From: Chthonomonadales bacterium
GTDB taxonomy: Bacteria > Armatimonadota > Chthonomonadetes > Chthonomonadales > CAJBBX01
Assembly (NCBI GenBank): GCA_037443035.1
Contig: JBBIPC010000001.1
Coordinates: 96,001-160,000, forward strand
Length of the DNA stretch: 64,000 nucleotides
Direction of reading: 5' to 3'
Of the stretch, positions 17,770-27,887 are shown one piece after another. The position numbers and the translations under genes were made by a program. How positions within the stretch are numbered: the first letter of the stretch is position 1; every line of letters begins with the position of its first letter. The notes below the pieces were generated by a model that was given only the letters and a program-made list of their open reading frames with translations, searched no databases and was not told the DNA's origin.

Positions 17770-20495
17770 TGCTGAATGGAAACCCGACAGGTGCCTGAGA
17801 CGCGTAGGATCAGTCGGCCATCGCCAGGCTCGTACTGCATGCTCTCGCCTTCGGCAAGTACCTTACCGTTCACCCTAACCGAGGGCTGCTTACGGCATCC
17901 GTGGATGAGAATCCAGTAGGGCCTGTCGGTCCAACCGCGGACCGTGAACTGCACAGCCGATCCCGACTCCACGCATGCCTCGAGAGCCGCAGGCGCGTGG
18001 ACCGTGAGGCCAGCCTTGAGGAAATGCCGATAATCGTACACGAGCGGGCCACCATAGAGCTGGACGGCATTCGCCTGCACCGTGCCTGGGTTGATGGCTA
18101 CGGGGTTGCGGTTCTGACTGCGAAATACAAAGGAATCAGGCAGGAGTCCCTGCAAGTCCTTGTCCGACGCCGGCCAACTCTGCTGAATACCGGATATGGT
18201 GATACCCTGCGCGAGCTTGCGCCAGAGATTCGGCTCATCGTAGCGCGCCAGACGGTAGAGCGCGTCCGAGTAAACCAGCCCGCACCACTGTACTGGAAGA
18301 CCAATCCAGTTCGGGGCCACCCAGTTAGTAGCGCCCAGGACCGGAGTCGTGGCGTACAGGCCCACCGGCTGTTCTGTCGGCTTCTGCAGGTAGACGAACG
18401 GCACACCGGTCCACGCCCAGTGTCGGGCCATCCGCAGAAAGTGCTTATCTCCTGTAATCTCGTAGCCTAGGACATATGCCTTCACGAGGTGGGCGGATGC
18501 CAATATGTCCGGTGTATGGAGGGGTACTTCCCAGGTTTGCGCTCCTCGCGGAGCCGAGTTCACATAGCGGTCGAGAGCACGGAGCTTCTCCAGACCGGCG
18601 CGCACCAGGTCACGATCGCCAGCGTAGAGTGCATTCTGGAGTACCTGCACAACAACGGGTGCGGTCAGGCCGTTGGCGTGCTTCTCGAAATGGGTCTGTC
18701 CGTAATCGGTCCCCCCGGATGGTCTGTAGAGGATCGTTCCGTCCGGCTCGAAGCGCTTCAGCGCCGCTTGGGCTGCGGACCTCGCATGGTCCACCGAGCC
18801 GAGGACATCGCCGAATAGCAGAGCTTGAGCAGGGTACGTGACGTGGGAGACCGCGGCGCTGTTGCGTGTTGCTGGATCGGTAATATCGAGAACCGCGGAC
18901 ACTTGCTGCTGGAGACGCTCGGCAATGGGGTCCCCATGCAAGACACTTGCGAGCCACTCCATCCATAGTGCCGCGTCGGCGGCGGGTTGTGGGGAGAAGC
19001 CGCTGAATCCCGGCCAGTAGGCGTGACGGAAGCGAGCACCTTCACGGATACGTGAGTCGAGCCAGCCTCCGGCAGCCCAGCGAGCGTACGCACGCTTGTC
19101 CATGCCTATCTTGGGCAGCTCAGGAAGGCCTCGCTCCTGAACGAAGCGCTGCACGGCTGGTAGGACGCTTTCGCCTGCGCCTCCGAAGATGGTGGCGGTA
19201 GCTGTCAGCGTGCGATTGGCCGTGAGTGCAAGTGGCGCGTAGGGAAGCAGGCTACCTTCGGAGCGGTTCGTTCCGTCCGATCCGGGCACGAGGAGCGCCA
19301 TGGCATTGGATTTGGACCCGAACGAACGATCGGGCGTGTCGAACGCCGCAGCGAGCCAGGGCTCTGCATTCCACGTGAGCGCGAGGTAGCGCTTGCGAGC
19401 CTGCATGACCATGAGAGGGAAGGTCAGCTTGATCTGATCGGGTACGAGGCGCTGCGCCTGTTCACCCCGCAGATCGGCCTGCGAGCTGCTTTGGTCCGGT
19501 GGGTCGAGGTACTCGACTCCAGCCAGTAGACCCCGCTCTCGCGCGGTGCCGAACGAACCGCGTCCAGGGAAGATCGCCAGTACGGGCAGGAAGTAGACGT
19601 TGCGTGGGCTTGACACGGCCACCGTTGCGGTAACAGCGATGCCACCCGGACGCGGGGTGGGGCGCAAGGTCTGGACGAACCGCCAACGAGCGCCGTCCGG
19701 GTCCAGAGCATCACATGCGACGCGGATGCCCTTGGACGATGCAGTGACGGTGGTCTTGCCAACCGATGCTGCATCGAACCAACGCACCTTGTCCCCACTC
19801 TCGTATGCTACGGGCAGGCGCGACCAACCTGTCGCGAACCGGTAGCCCTGGACTTGTACAGTGAATGCATTGATGCGGCGCCTGTCGTAGAGGACGGCGA
19901 CAGACCCCGACCTGAGCGTCGAGGCACCGGTGGTAGGTGGGATGGGCGGCGGAGTCCATCGAGGCAATGCGGGGACGGATCGCGGAGCGAGCTCGAGCCA
20001 CGCGATGGTACACGTGCCCGCGGTGCCGGGTGGGTCAATGCGCAGTCTCGTTCCTGCCTCGAGTTGCGGAACTGGGAGAGATACCTCTGTCCATCGTTTC
20101 GCCGGAACAGAGGCGCGGGCAGAGCGCTCCTCGGTAGGCGAAGTGCGGAAGAAGAAGACCTGAACCGTGCCACCTGCTTCCGATAGCAGCCTCATGCGGA
20201 TCCAGAGCGGAGTACCACTCGGCGGATCGACGGGCGGACCGATAATGTAGGGATCGCCGCCAGATATCCCTACACGCATGCCTTCGGGCACCGATTCGAT
20301 GGTGCTAACATCGTGCGTCGGCTGCCAGCGGCTGACGACCTCGGCAGAGGTGAATTCGAGCCTGACGCTTCGACCCTTCTGCTGGGCTGTCGCGCACGCC
20401 ACGAGCACTGCCAGGCACGCGCACGTTACGATCGAGACTGCCAGGACGCGGGCGGGTTGCGGCATCCTGCGCGTTTCAAGGCCTGAAAGCTTCAT
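17766..20495 (-). CDS. large secreted hypothetical protein (possible carbohydrate-active, helical C-terminal domain)
   Basis: About 909-aa ORF; signal-like hydrophobic stretch ending ATA-QQ; Trp/Tyr-rich C-terminal half; stop overlaps the dxr start; start uncertain. Confidence 0.7.
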   Translation of the reverse strand: MKLSGLETRRMPQPARVLAVSIVTCACLAVLVACATAQQKGRSVRLEFTSAEVVSRWQPTHDVSTIESVPEGMRVGISGGDPYIIGPPVDPPSGTPLWIRMRLLSEAGGTVQVFFFRTSPTEERSARASVPAKRWTEVSLPVPQLEAGTRLRIDPPGTAGTCTIAWLELAPRSVPALPRWTPPPIPPTTGASTLRSGSVAVLYDRRRINAFTVQVQGYRFATGWSRLPVAYESGDKVRWFDAASVGKTTVTASSKGIRVACDALDPDGARWRFVQTLRPTPRPGGIAVTATVAVSSPRNVYFLPVLAIFPGRGSFGTARERGLLAGVEYLDPPDQSSSQADLRGEQAQRLVPDQIKLTFPLMVMQARKRYLALTWNAEPWLAAAFDTPDRSFGSKSNAMALLVPGSDGTNRSEGSLLPYAPLALTANRTLTATATIFGGAGESVLPAVQRFVQERGLPELPKIGMDKRAYARWAAGGWLDSRIREGARFRHAYWPGFSGFSPQPAADAALWMEWLASVLHGDPIAERLQQQVSAVLDITDPATRNSAAVSHVTYPAQALLFGDVLGSVDHARSAAQAALKRFEPDGTILYRPSGGTDYGQTHFEKHANGLTAPVVVQVLQNALYAGDRDLVRAGLEKLRALDRYVNSAPRGAQTWEVPLHTPDILASAHLVKAYVLGYEITGDKHFLRMARHWAWTGVPFVYLQKPTEQPVGLYATTPVLGATNWVAPNWIGLPVQWCGLVYSDALYRLARYDEPNLWRKLAQGITISGIQQSWPASDKDLQGLLPDSFVFRSQNRNPVAINPGTVQANAVQLYGGPLVYDYRHFLKAGLTVHAPAALEACVESGSAVQFTVRGWTDRPYWILIHGCRKQPSVRVNGKVLAEGESMQYEPGDGRLILRVSGTCRVSIQQ

Positions 20496-20550
20496 TCTCG
20501 CCTGTGACCTCCCGTACCTCACTGTTGCGAGTATGGCACACCAGCATGGC

Positions 20551-20605
20551 AAGAAACCAAACCGCACGCGGTCTAGCGAGACTCGGGCGACGGCGTGCGG
20601 TTTGG
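20551..20605 (-). terminator. intrinsic terminator after the DHODH-like gene
   Basis: ccaaaccgcacgc / gcgtgcggtttgg 13-bp stem followed by TTTCTT on minus. Confidence 0.6.
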
Positions 20606-20637
20606 CGAGTAGCGCCTGGAGACAGGGAAGTATCGCC

Positions 20638-21651
20638 CTAGAGGAGTCTCCCTGTGGGATCTCCCTTCCACGATGCCAGCGTCTTCATGTAGTTGGCTCG
20701 TTCGAACGCTGCCGGCTCTGCTACGTTTTTCTGGCTCATGCTGCCCTGCATCTGCTCGACAGACTCGTATTCCTTCTCCTCCATCCACGCCTGCATCTCG
20801 TCCACGATGCTCGCAATCCGGCCAGGGCCGTTGTGGAGTAGTTCCGAAGCCATCTGAACGACCTTGGCGCCGGCCATCATCGCCTTGATGACATCGGTTC
20901 CCGTGTGGACCCCAGAGGTGATGGCAAGGTCCGTCTGAACCCTTCCGAAGAGAATGGCGACCCAGCGAAGTGGCAAACGCAGCTCATCGGAGTCACTGAG
21001 AACGAGGTGGGGCACGACTTCGAGCTGCTCGAGATCAAAATCAGGCTGGTAGAAGCGATTGAAGAGGACCAGGGCATCGGCGCCTGCTCCTTCAAGCTTC
21101 GTGGCCATGTACGGAAGAGACGTGAAGAAGGGACTCAGCTTAATGGCAACCGGTATGGTGACACTCTGCCTGACCTCTCTCAAGACGTCTACGTACATGC
21201 GCTCGATCTCATCGGACGTGAGACCTGGGTCCGTGGGGATGTAGTAGACGTTGAGTTCTAGAGCGTCCGCGCCCGCTTGCTGGATGAGCGCGGCGTAGCG
21301 TGTCCAGCCGCCTGCAGAGACGCCGTTGAGGCTGCCAATGAGCGGGATGCTCAGCTTCTGCTTCGCCTGTCGTATGAGTTCGAGATAGGCATCCGGACCG
21401 ATATTGTAGTTCTGCAGGTCGGGGAAGTACTGGATCGCTTCAGCGAAGCTATCTGCGCCGTACGAGAGGTAATGGTCGAGCCGATGACTCTCAGCATCGA
21501 TCTGCTCTTCGAACAGTGAGTACATCACGATTGCCGGCGCTCCTGCGTCCTCCAGACGCTTCATGGCGTCGAGGTTCTTCGACAGGGGAGAGGCTGAGGG
21601 CACGACCGGGTGCTTCAGCGTAAGGCCCATATACCGGGTGGTTAGATCCAT
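20638..21651 (-). CDS. dihydroorotate dehydrogenase-like FMN protein (PFOR-associated type)
   Basis: [35 protein letters not shown]; lacks the SCPN catalytic loop. Confidence 0.88.
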   Translation of the reverse strand: MDLTTRYMGLTLKHPVVPSASPLSKNLDAMKRLEDAGAPAIVMYSLFEEQIDAESHRLDHYLSYGADSFAEAIQYFPDLQNYNIGPDAYLELIRQAKQKLSIPLIGSLNGVSAGGWTRYAALIQQAGADALELNVYYIPTDPGLTSDEIERMYVDVLREVRQSVTIPVAIKLSPFFTSLPYMATKLEGAGADALVLFNRFYQPDFDLEQLEVVPHLVLSDSDELRLPLRWVAILFGRVQTDLAITSGVHTGTDVIKAMMAGAKVVQMASELLHNGPGRIASIVDEMQAWMEEKEYESVEQMQGSMSQKNVAEPAAFERANYMKTLASWKGDPTGRLL

Positions 21652-21741
21652 CTTCGACTCCTTGCGATTACTAGTCGAGGTCGGTTCGTGTGAGTCCGGA
21701 AGCTAGAGCACTTCGGGCGCGAACCGACCTCTACGGACAAC

Positions 21742-24700
21742 TCAGAACGTCGTGCGGCTTGCCATGTCCTGGTAGATGCGCCAGCGTCGCTGCACATCCT
21801 CCTGCGCGGCCACCAAGAGCCGCGCGGCCGCCTCGGGATTCGCCTGCTGCAGCATCCGGTACCGGGTCTCCGTATAGATGTAGTCAGAAAGGGGAATGGA
21901 CGGTTCCTTGCTATCGAGCTGCAAGGGGTTCTTCCCTTCTGCGGCCAGACGCGGATCGTAGCGGTAGAGAATCACTGCGCCAGAGTCGACGGCAAGCTTC
22001 TGCTGCTGCAGACCCTTGGACATGTCAATGCCGTGGGCGATGCAGTGACTGTAGGCGATGATCAACGATGGACCAGGGTAGGACTCCGCTTCGATGAAGG
22101 CCCTTACCGTCTGGGCGTCGTTCGCGCCCATGGCCACCGATGCTACGTAGACGTGACCATAGGTCATGGCCATGCGTCCAAGGTCCTTTTTGGAGGCAGA
22201 TTTGCCGCCGGAAGCGAACTTCGCGACCGCGCCACGAGCAGTGGACTTGCTGGCTTGGCCACCTGTATTCGAATAGACTTCCGTATCCAGTACCAGCAGG
22301 TTGATGTCGTAGTTCGTAGACAGAACGTGGTCGAGGCCGCCGTAGCCGATATCGTAAGCCCAGCCGTCGCCGCCGAAGGACCAGACGCTCTTACGAACGA
22401 GCGCATCTGCGACGTTCAGCAGCTCCTTGGCGGCTTCGTCGCTCGCGCCGGCCAGCTTCCGTTTCAGCTCTGCCACCCGTTGACGCTGAGCGACAATACC
22501 AGCTTCGGTGGTCTGGTCTGCCGTGAGGATCGCCTGGCACAGATCATCGCCCAAGAGGGCTCCCATCTGGCTTAGGAGCTGCCGGGCGTACTGCTCTTGT
22601 TGGACCAGGGTCAGCCGGAAACCAAGGCCGAACTCAGCCGCGTCCTCGAATAGCGAGTTATTCCAGGCCGGTCCGCGGCCTTGAGCGTCAACGCAATACG
22701 GGGTTGTCGGCAGATTACCGCCGTAAATGCTGGAACAACCCGTGGCGTTGGCGATGATGGCACGGTCACCGAAGAGCTGCGTCACCAGCTTGACATAGGG
22801 TGTCTCCCCACATCCAGCGCAGGCACCCGAGTACTCGAAGAGAGGCCGTAGTAACTGCACATTCTTGATCGTGTTGAACCGAATCAGTTGCGTATCGCGT
22901 GGCATGTCAGGGATACTCAGGAAGAACTCGAGGTTCTGCGCTTCCTGACTCCGGAGCGGCCGCTGGGGCGCCATATTTATGGCCTTCCGGCCGACTTGGG
23001 TCTTGTCCTTGGCCGGACATGCTTCGACACATACTCCGCAGCCCGTGCAATCCTCCACCGCCACCTGGATCGTGAATCTCCGGTCGGCGAACTCGCGCCA
23101 CTTGGCCGTAGTGGACTTGAATGTAGGTGGCGCCTTTTCCAGAAGAACCGGGTCATAGACCTTGGATCGGATACACGCGTGCGGGCAGACGAGAACGCAC
23201 TTTCCGCACTGGATGCAGATCTCGGGCTCCCAGACTGGCACATCGAGGGCGATATTGCGCTTCTCCCACTGCGTCGTCGCGGTCGGGAAGGTTCCGTCCA
23301 CGGGCATGGCGCTCACCGGCAGGGTATCACCGCGCCCGGCAATCATCGTCGCTGTAACGGTCTTGACGAACTCTGGTGCCGACGGTGATACGACAGGTGG
23401 CATTGCGACATCGCCGATGTTACGGCCCGGAACCTGGACCTCATGCAGGTGTTCCAGTGCAGCATCCACTGCGGCGTAGTTCTTCTGAACGACCGCTTCG
23501 CCGCGTCGGCCGTAGGTCTTCTTGATGGCAGCTTTGATCTGCGCGATGGCTTCATCTCGTGGCAGAACACCGCTGATGGCGAAGAATGCCGTCTGCATGA
23601 TGGTGTTGATGCGGACACCCATGCCCGTCGCACGAGCGACGTCGTAGGCATCCACCACCCACAGACGGAGGTTCTTGGCGAGGACCTGTCGCTGGAACTC
23701 CGCGGGTAGCTTGTCCCACACCTCGTCCGGTCCGTAGGGGCTGTTCAGGAGCACTGTGGCGCCGCGGACGGCGTTGTCGAGTACGGGGTAGCGCTCCACG
23801 AAGCCGAACTGATGGATGGCAATGAAGTTCGCGTGGTCAATCAAGTAGGTGCTGTGGATGGGCCTCGGGCCGAAACGCAGGTGGGATGTGGTTACGGAAC
23901 CGGATTTCTTCGAGTCGTAGACGAAGTACCCTTGAGCTGCGTTGGGAGTCTCTTCTCCAATGATCTTGATGGAGTTCTTGTTGGCGCCGACCGTCCCATC
24001 GGCACCCAGTCCCCAGAACACTGCCCGGACCACATCGTCGGGCTCGGTGCTGAAGGAGGGGTCATATCGCAAGCTCGTGTGCATAACGTCGTCTTCGATG
24101 CCCACTGTGAAGTGGTTCTTCGGAGACTTGACGGTCATCTCGTCGTAGACAGCTTTGCACATGGCTGGTGTGAACTCTTTCGAAGAGAGTCCGTAACGTC
24201 CCCCGATAATGCGTGGCATGGCGCTGAATGGAGCCTTGCCTGCGCCCACGGCTTCGGACACGGCGGTGACGACATCCTGGTAGAGAGGCTCGCCAGTGGC
24301 ACCGGGTTCCTTCGTGCGGTCGAGAACTGCGATGGAGCGAACGGTCCCGGGCAGTGCGGCTACGAACGCGTCCACGTCGAATGGGCGATACAGGCGCACC
24401 TTGACGACGCCAACCTTCTCGCCGTTGCCAGCCAGGAACTCCGCCGTCTCCTGGGCTGTCTCGCATGCGGAGCCCATGAGGACGATGACGCGCTCAGCGT
24501 CCGGCGCGCCGACATAGTCGAAGAGATGGTACTGGCGCCCCGTAAGCTGCGCGAACTGATCCATGGTGTCCTGAACAATCGCTGGCACCGCTGCGTAAAA
24601 TGGGTTGGCGGTCTCCCTGGCCTGGAAGAAGACATCAGGATTCTGCGCGGTACCGCGGATCACTGGCCTATCGGGTGAGAGGCCGCGCGCACGGTGCTGG

Positions 24701-25302
24701 CGGACCAACTCCATGTCAATCATGGCCCGAATGTCATCGTCGTTCAGAGCTTCGACCTTCATAACCTCATGGGAGGTGCGGAAGCCGTCCATGATGTTGA
24801 GGAAGGGGACTCTCGACTTGAGCGTGGCGGCCTGAGCGATCAGGCTCATATCCATGACTTCCTGTACGGAGTTCCCGAACAGGAAGGCCCAACCGGTCTG
24901 ACGAACCGCCATGATGTCGCTGTGGTCGCAGAAGATGGACAGGGCGTGCGTAGCGACGGTTCGCGCCGTGATATGGAACACGGTACTTGTGAGCTCACCC
25001 GCGATCTTGAACATCGTGGGGATCATGAGAAGGAGTCCCTGACTAGCCGTGAACGTGGTGGTCATCGCGCCGGTTTGCAGCGCACCGTGGCATGATGCGG
25101 CCGCGCCCGCCTCGGACTGCATTTCCTGCACCAGCGGGACCGTGCCCCACACGTTCGTCTTGTGTGCTGCCGCCCAGGCGTCACAATGCTCCGCAATCGG
25201 CGACGACGGGGTGATGGGATAGATGGAAATCACCTCGGCCGTCTTGTACGCAATGGACGCGGCAGCCTCGTTTCCATCGATCGTTACGTAACTGCGAGGC
25301 AT
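21742..25302 (-). CDS. nifJ: pyruvate:ferredoxin (flavodoxin) oxidoreductase
   Basis: YPITPSS, two CxxCxxCxxxCP ferredoxin motifs, ACAGCGET, GGDGWAYDIG, DTEVYSNTGGQ. Confidence 0.98.
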   Translation of the reverse strand: MPRSYVTIDGNEAAASIAYKTAEVISIYPITPSSPIAEHCDAWAAAHKTNVWGTVPLVQEMQSEAGAAASCHGALQTGAMTTTFTASQGLLLMIPTMFKIAGELTSTVFHITARTVATHALSIFCDHSDIMAVRQTGWAFLFGNSVQEVMDMSLIAQAATLKSRVPFLNIMDGFRTSHEVMKVEALNDDDIRAMIDMELVRQHRARGLSPDRPVIRGTAQNPDVFFQARETANPFYAAVPAIVQDTMDQFAQLTGRQYHLFDYVGAPDAERVIVLMGSACETAQETAEFLAGNGEKVGVVKVRLYRPFDVDAFVAALPGTVRSIAVLDRTKEPGATGEPLYQDVVTAVSEAVGAGKAPFSAMPRIIGGRYGLSSKEFTPAMCKAVYDEMTVKSPKNHFTVGIEDDVMHTSLRYDPSFSTEPDDVVRAVFWGLGADGTVGANKNSIKIIGEETPNAAQGYFVYDSKKSGSVTTSHLRFGPRPIHSTYLIDHANFIAIHQFGFVERYPVLDNAVRGATVLLNSPYGPDEVWDKLPAEFQRQVLAKNLRLWVVDAYDVARATGMGVRINTIMQTAFFAISGVLPRDEAIAQIKAAIKKTYGRRGEAVVQKNYAAVDAALEHLHEVQVPGRNIGDVAMPPVVSPSAPEFVKTVTATMIAGRGDTLPVSAMPVDGTFPTATTQWEKRNIALDVPVWEPEICIQCGKCVLVCPHACIRSKVYDPVLLEKAPPTFKSTTAKWREFADRRFTIQVAVEDCTGCGVCVEACPAKDKTQVGRKAINMAPQRPLRSQEAQNLEFFLSIPDMPRDTQLIRFNTIKNVQLLRPLFEYSGACAGCGETPYVKLVTQLFGDRAIIANATGCSSIYGGNLPTTPYCVDAQGRGPAWNNSLFEDAAEFGLGFRLTLVQQEQYARQLLSQMGALLGDDLCQAILTADQTTEAGIVAQRQRVAELKRKLAGASDEAAKELLNVADALVRKSVWSFGGDGWAYDIGYGGLDHVLSTNYDINLLVLDTEVYSNTGGQASKSTARGAVAKFASGGKSASKKDLGRMAMTYGHVYVASVAMGANDAQTVRAFIEAESYPGPSLIIAYSHCIAHGIDMSKGLQQQKLAVDSGAVILYRYDPRLAAEGKNPLQLDSKEPSIPLSDYIYTETRYRMLQQANPEAAARLLVAAQEDVQRRWRIYQDMASRTTF

Positions 25303-25387
25303 AACCTGTACCCTTTCTTACCTAACGTCGGCACATGCTAGCCGACGAGAATGTAGCCCCGAAGCCTCGGAAAGCGAACCCGACAAG

Positions 25388-25418
25388 GAAAAGGGAGGAT
25401 GCCCGGCGGCTCCTCCCT
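25388..25418 (-). terminator. terminator-like hairpin in the region upstream of nifJ
   Basis: agggagga / tcctccct stem followed by TTT on minus, about 85 nt before the nifJ start. Confidence 0.5.
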
Positions 25419-25587
25419 AGATCGTTAGTGGTGCTATGGATTGTCTCGTCAGTGGATCTACGCTCCACACTGGCCTTCTGCAGCCGTATGGAAGGAGGTG
25501 TGCCTGGCGCGGACGCAAGATCACTGACTGGCCTTCCCGCTCGCCTGCCATGCAGGTTCGCATTCGCGTACTTCCGTAATCGGCCAT

Positions 25588-25596
25588 AGTATACCA
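25588..25596 (-). promoter_or_regulatory. extended -10 promoter facing nifJ
   Basis: TGGTATACT on minus strand. Confidence 0.45.
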
Positions 25597-25727
25597 CGGT
25601 GCACGTCCGTTTCATGCAGCTTGGCAGGAAGGCGTCAGCACGGAAGCAGAACGGCGCGGTCATGGATGGAGCGACAGGACTGGGGCGAGTACCGCCGAAT
25701 GAAGCAGTGCACGAAAAGTGAGGAGGA

Positions 25728-26735
25728 ATGGACATGGCGAGGATACTGGTGACAATGTCCGACGACTCTTACAGGAAGGTCATTGGCGACGAGCTGGAGT
25801 GTCGGCTTCGTCAGCTCGGTGATCTCGATCTCGTCCTGGATGCAGGAAGGCTCTCCAACGACGATTACGCCCGTCATTGGCAGGACGCGGAGTACGCTCT
25901 TACCGGCTGGGGTGTCAGACCTCCGGACGCCGCGTGGTTCGATCAGCGCACCAAGCTGAGAGCCATATGTCACGCTGCGGGTTCGGTGAGGATGTTCCCG
26001 CGCCGGTTGCTGCAAGAGGGCATCGTTATCACCAGTGCGCGTGCCGCCATCGCGCGGACGGTGGCTGAATTCTGCCTCGCAGCCGTGCTTACCCTGCTGC
26101 GACACATGGCATGCTACGATGCGCGAACCGCAAAGACGATATCGAGCCTGGCAGGTTCGGCGAAGCCACGTACCGAGACACTCTTCGGGAAAACGGTCCT
26201 CCTAGTCGGGCTGGGGCATGTGGGCCGGCACTTCCTCGACCTGCTACAACCATTCAAGGTGCGGGTTCTAGTGGCGGACCCTTACTTGCGTGAGGACGAC
26301 GCAGCGCGGCTCGGTGTCACGCTGGTCACCCTGGACGAAGGCATTCCACAGGCCGACGTGATATCCTTGCATGCGCCCGATATTCCAGAAACGCATGGGT
26401 TGGTGGGACCCAAGCAGATAGCGAAGATACGTGAAGGAGCGATCTTCGTCAATACAGCTCGTGGCAGGCTCGTTGACACGGCTGCGCTCACAGAGGCGCT
26501 TGCAGCGTGCAGGTTCAGTGCCGCCCTCGACGTAACTGATCCTGAGCCGCTTCCGGAGACCCATCCTCTTCGTCGCATGCCGAATGTGCTCCTAACTCCG
26601 CATGTGGCCGGGCCGACGACCGACGAACTCCCGAGCCTGGGGTCCATGGCCGTTGCAGATCTCGAACGACTTCTCAAGGGGCAGAAGCCCGAACATGCCA
26701 TAGACCTCGAAGCCTACGATCGGATGAGCTTCTGA
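25728..26735 (+). CDS. D-isomer-specific 2-hydroxyacid dehydrogenase
   Basis: VGLGHVG Rossmann motif, FVNTARG, LDVTDPEP, LTPHVAG. Confidence 0.92.
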   Translation: MDMARILVTMSDDSYRKVIGDELECRLRQLGDLDLVLDAGRLSNDDYARHWQDAEYALTGWGVRPPDAAWFDQRTKLRAICHAAGSVRMFPRRLLQEGIVITSARAAIARTVAEFCLAAVLTLLRHMACYDARTAKTISSLAGSAKPRTETLFGKTVLLVGLGHVGRHFLDLLQPFKVRVLVADPYLREDDAARLGVTLVTLDEGIPQADVISLHAPDIPETHGLVGPKQIAKIREGAIFVNTARGRLVDTAALTEALAACRFSAALDVTDPEPLPETHPLRRMPNVLLTPHVAGPTTDELPSLGSMAVADLERLLKGQKPEHAIDLEAYDRMSF

Positions 26736-26737
26736 GT

Positions 26738-26764
26738 GGAACCCGAATTGCCTGCAACTCGTCT
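26738..26764 (+). promoter_or_regulatory. ECF-sigma-type promoter (probable autoregulation)
   Basis: GGAAC, 17 nt spacer, CGTCT directly upstream of the ECF sigma gene. Confidence 0.6.
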
Positions 26765-26824
26765 GCCAAGAGGCCCGGACGCTCTGCTTCGGGTGCGCGA
26801 TGTGTTGCTAAGGGACGCACAGCC

Positions 26825-27400
26825 GTGACTTTCGAGCTAACCGCACACACCCGGAGTGCGGACTACGAAGACCGCCTCGCGATCGAGGCACGCGACGGCA
26901 ACCAGGCGGCGTTCGACGAGCTCGTCAGGCGGTACGAGGCTCGTCTGTATCGATTCGCGTACCGGATGTTGCAGCACCCCTGCGATGCGGAGGACGTTCT
27001 GCAGGCTACCTTCCTCCGAGCCTACAGGGCGCTGGAGGCATACAAGCCGGGTGGCTTCTTCGCCAGTTGGCTGTACCGGATAGCTCTCAACGAATGTCGG
27101 CGGAAGATACGAGGCCGAAAAGCGTCACTGCCAGGCGGTGTGGAGCTGGCGCAGCAAGTGCCAGCCGGCCCGGCCACTGATCCGGAGGCTCTGGCGCTCA
27201 GACAGGACCGTAACCGACATATCCGCGGCGCGGTTATGTCATTGCCAGAGCACTACCGGGATGCGATTCTGCTGTTCTACTTCGAGGAGCTGTCCGTAGA
27301 GGAAGTTGCACGCACGATGGGAATAACGGTGACTGCAGCCAAGGTGAGACTCCACAGGGCCAGGGCGAAGCTCCTTGCAGCGCTGGATGGATATGTATGA
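26825..27400 (+). CDS. ECF (sigma-70 group 4) RNA polymerase sigma factor
   Basis: DAEDVLQATF, F.SWLYRIA.N region 2; region 4 HTH KVRLHRAR. Confidence 0.93.
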   Translation: MTFELTAHTRSADYEDRLAIEARDGNQAAFDELVRRYEARLYRFAYRMLQHPCDAEDVLQATFLRAYRALEAYKPGGFFASWLYRIALNECRRKIRGRKASLPGGVELAQQVPAGPATDPEALALRQDRNRHIRGAVMSLPEHYRDAILLFYFEELSVEEVARTMGITVTAAKVRLHRARAKLLAALDGYV

Positions 27401-27858
27401 CCGCACCGCTTTGGCTCCGCAAGCGATCCTGCCGACGTGTGCGCCGCCAGATAGACGATTGGTTGGACCAACGATCGGTTGCGCAACTGCCTGACGTCGT
27501 GGGTGAGCACATGCGCACGTGCGAGCCGTGCAGACGGTACGTGGCACAGTGGCACGCACTCGAACTGCAGCTACGCTCCTTGCGCTCGGTGTGGCCGCCG
27601 GAGTCGGCACTCCACACGCTTCCGGTCACCGTCTTGGAGGGCGATCGTATCCCGTCTCCCGAGAGGCGGACGGTGCGGCTGGTCCTGCAAGGTGCGGCAG
27701 TGCTCGCGGTAGCTGTCCTCGTGAGCGCAACTCTGTACTTGGCCATCGTCGGTCGTGCACCACAGATGCTGGCACGCGGATCGTCCCAGATGATGTCGCC
27801 CGCTGCTCAACCGGGACAGGCCATGAGCCCTGACCTGCCGGTGGCTGCGACCCGTTAG
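27397..27858 (+). CDS. zinc-binding (ZAS) transmembrane anti-sigma factor
   Basis: HMRTCEPC (HxxxCxxC), one TM helix, ATGA overlap with the sigma gene. Confidence 0.85.
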   Translation: MTAPLWLRKRSCRRVRRQIDDWLDQRSVAQLPDVVGEHMRTCEPCRRYVAQWHALELQLRSLRSVWPPESALHTLPVTVLEGDRIPSPERRTVRLVLQGAAVLAVAVLVSATLYLAIVGRAPQMLARGSSQMMSPAAQPGQAMSPDLPVAATR

Positions 27859-27887
27859 CTCCCCGTCGCCTTTGCGGTGGCATCTGC

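Noticed and set aside
25388..25580. Possible 6S RNA or TPP riboswitch
   Set aside because: No end-to-end closing stem with central bubble and no CUGAGA/ACCUG TPP core recognised
25322..25735. 137-aa minus ORF upstream of nifJ
   Set aside because: No family features; it spans promoter and terminator-like elements
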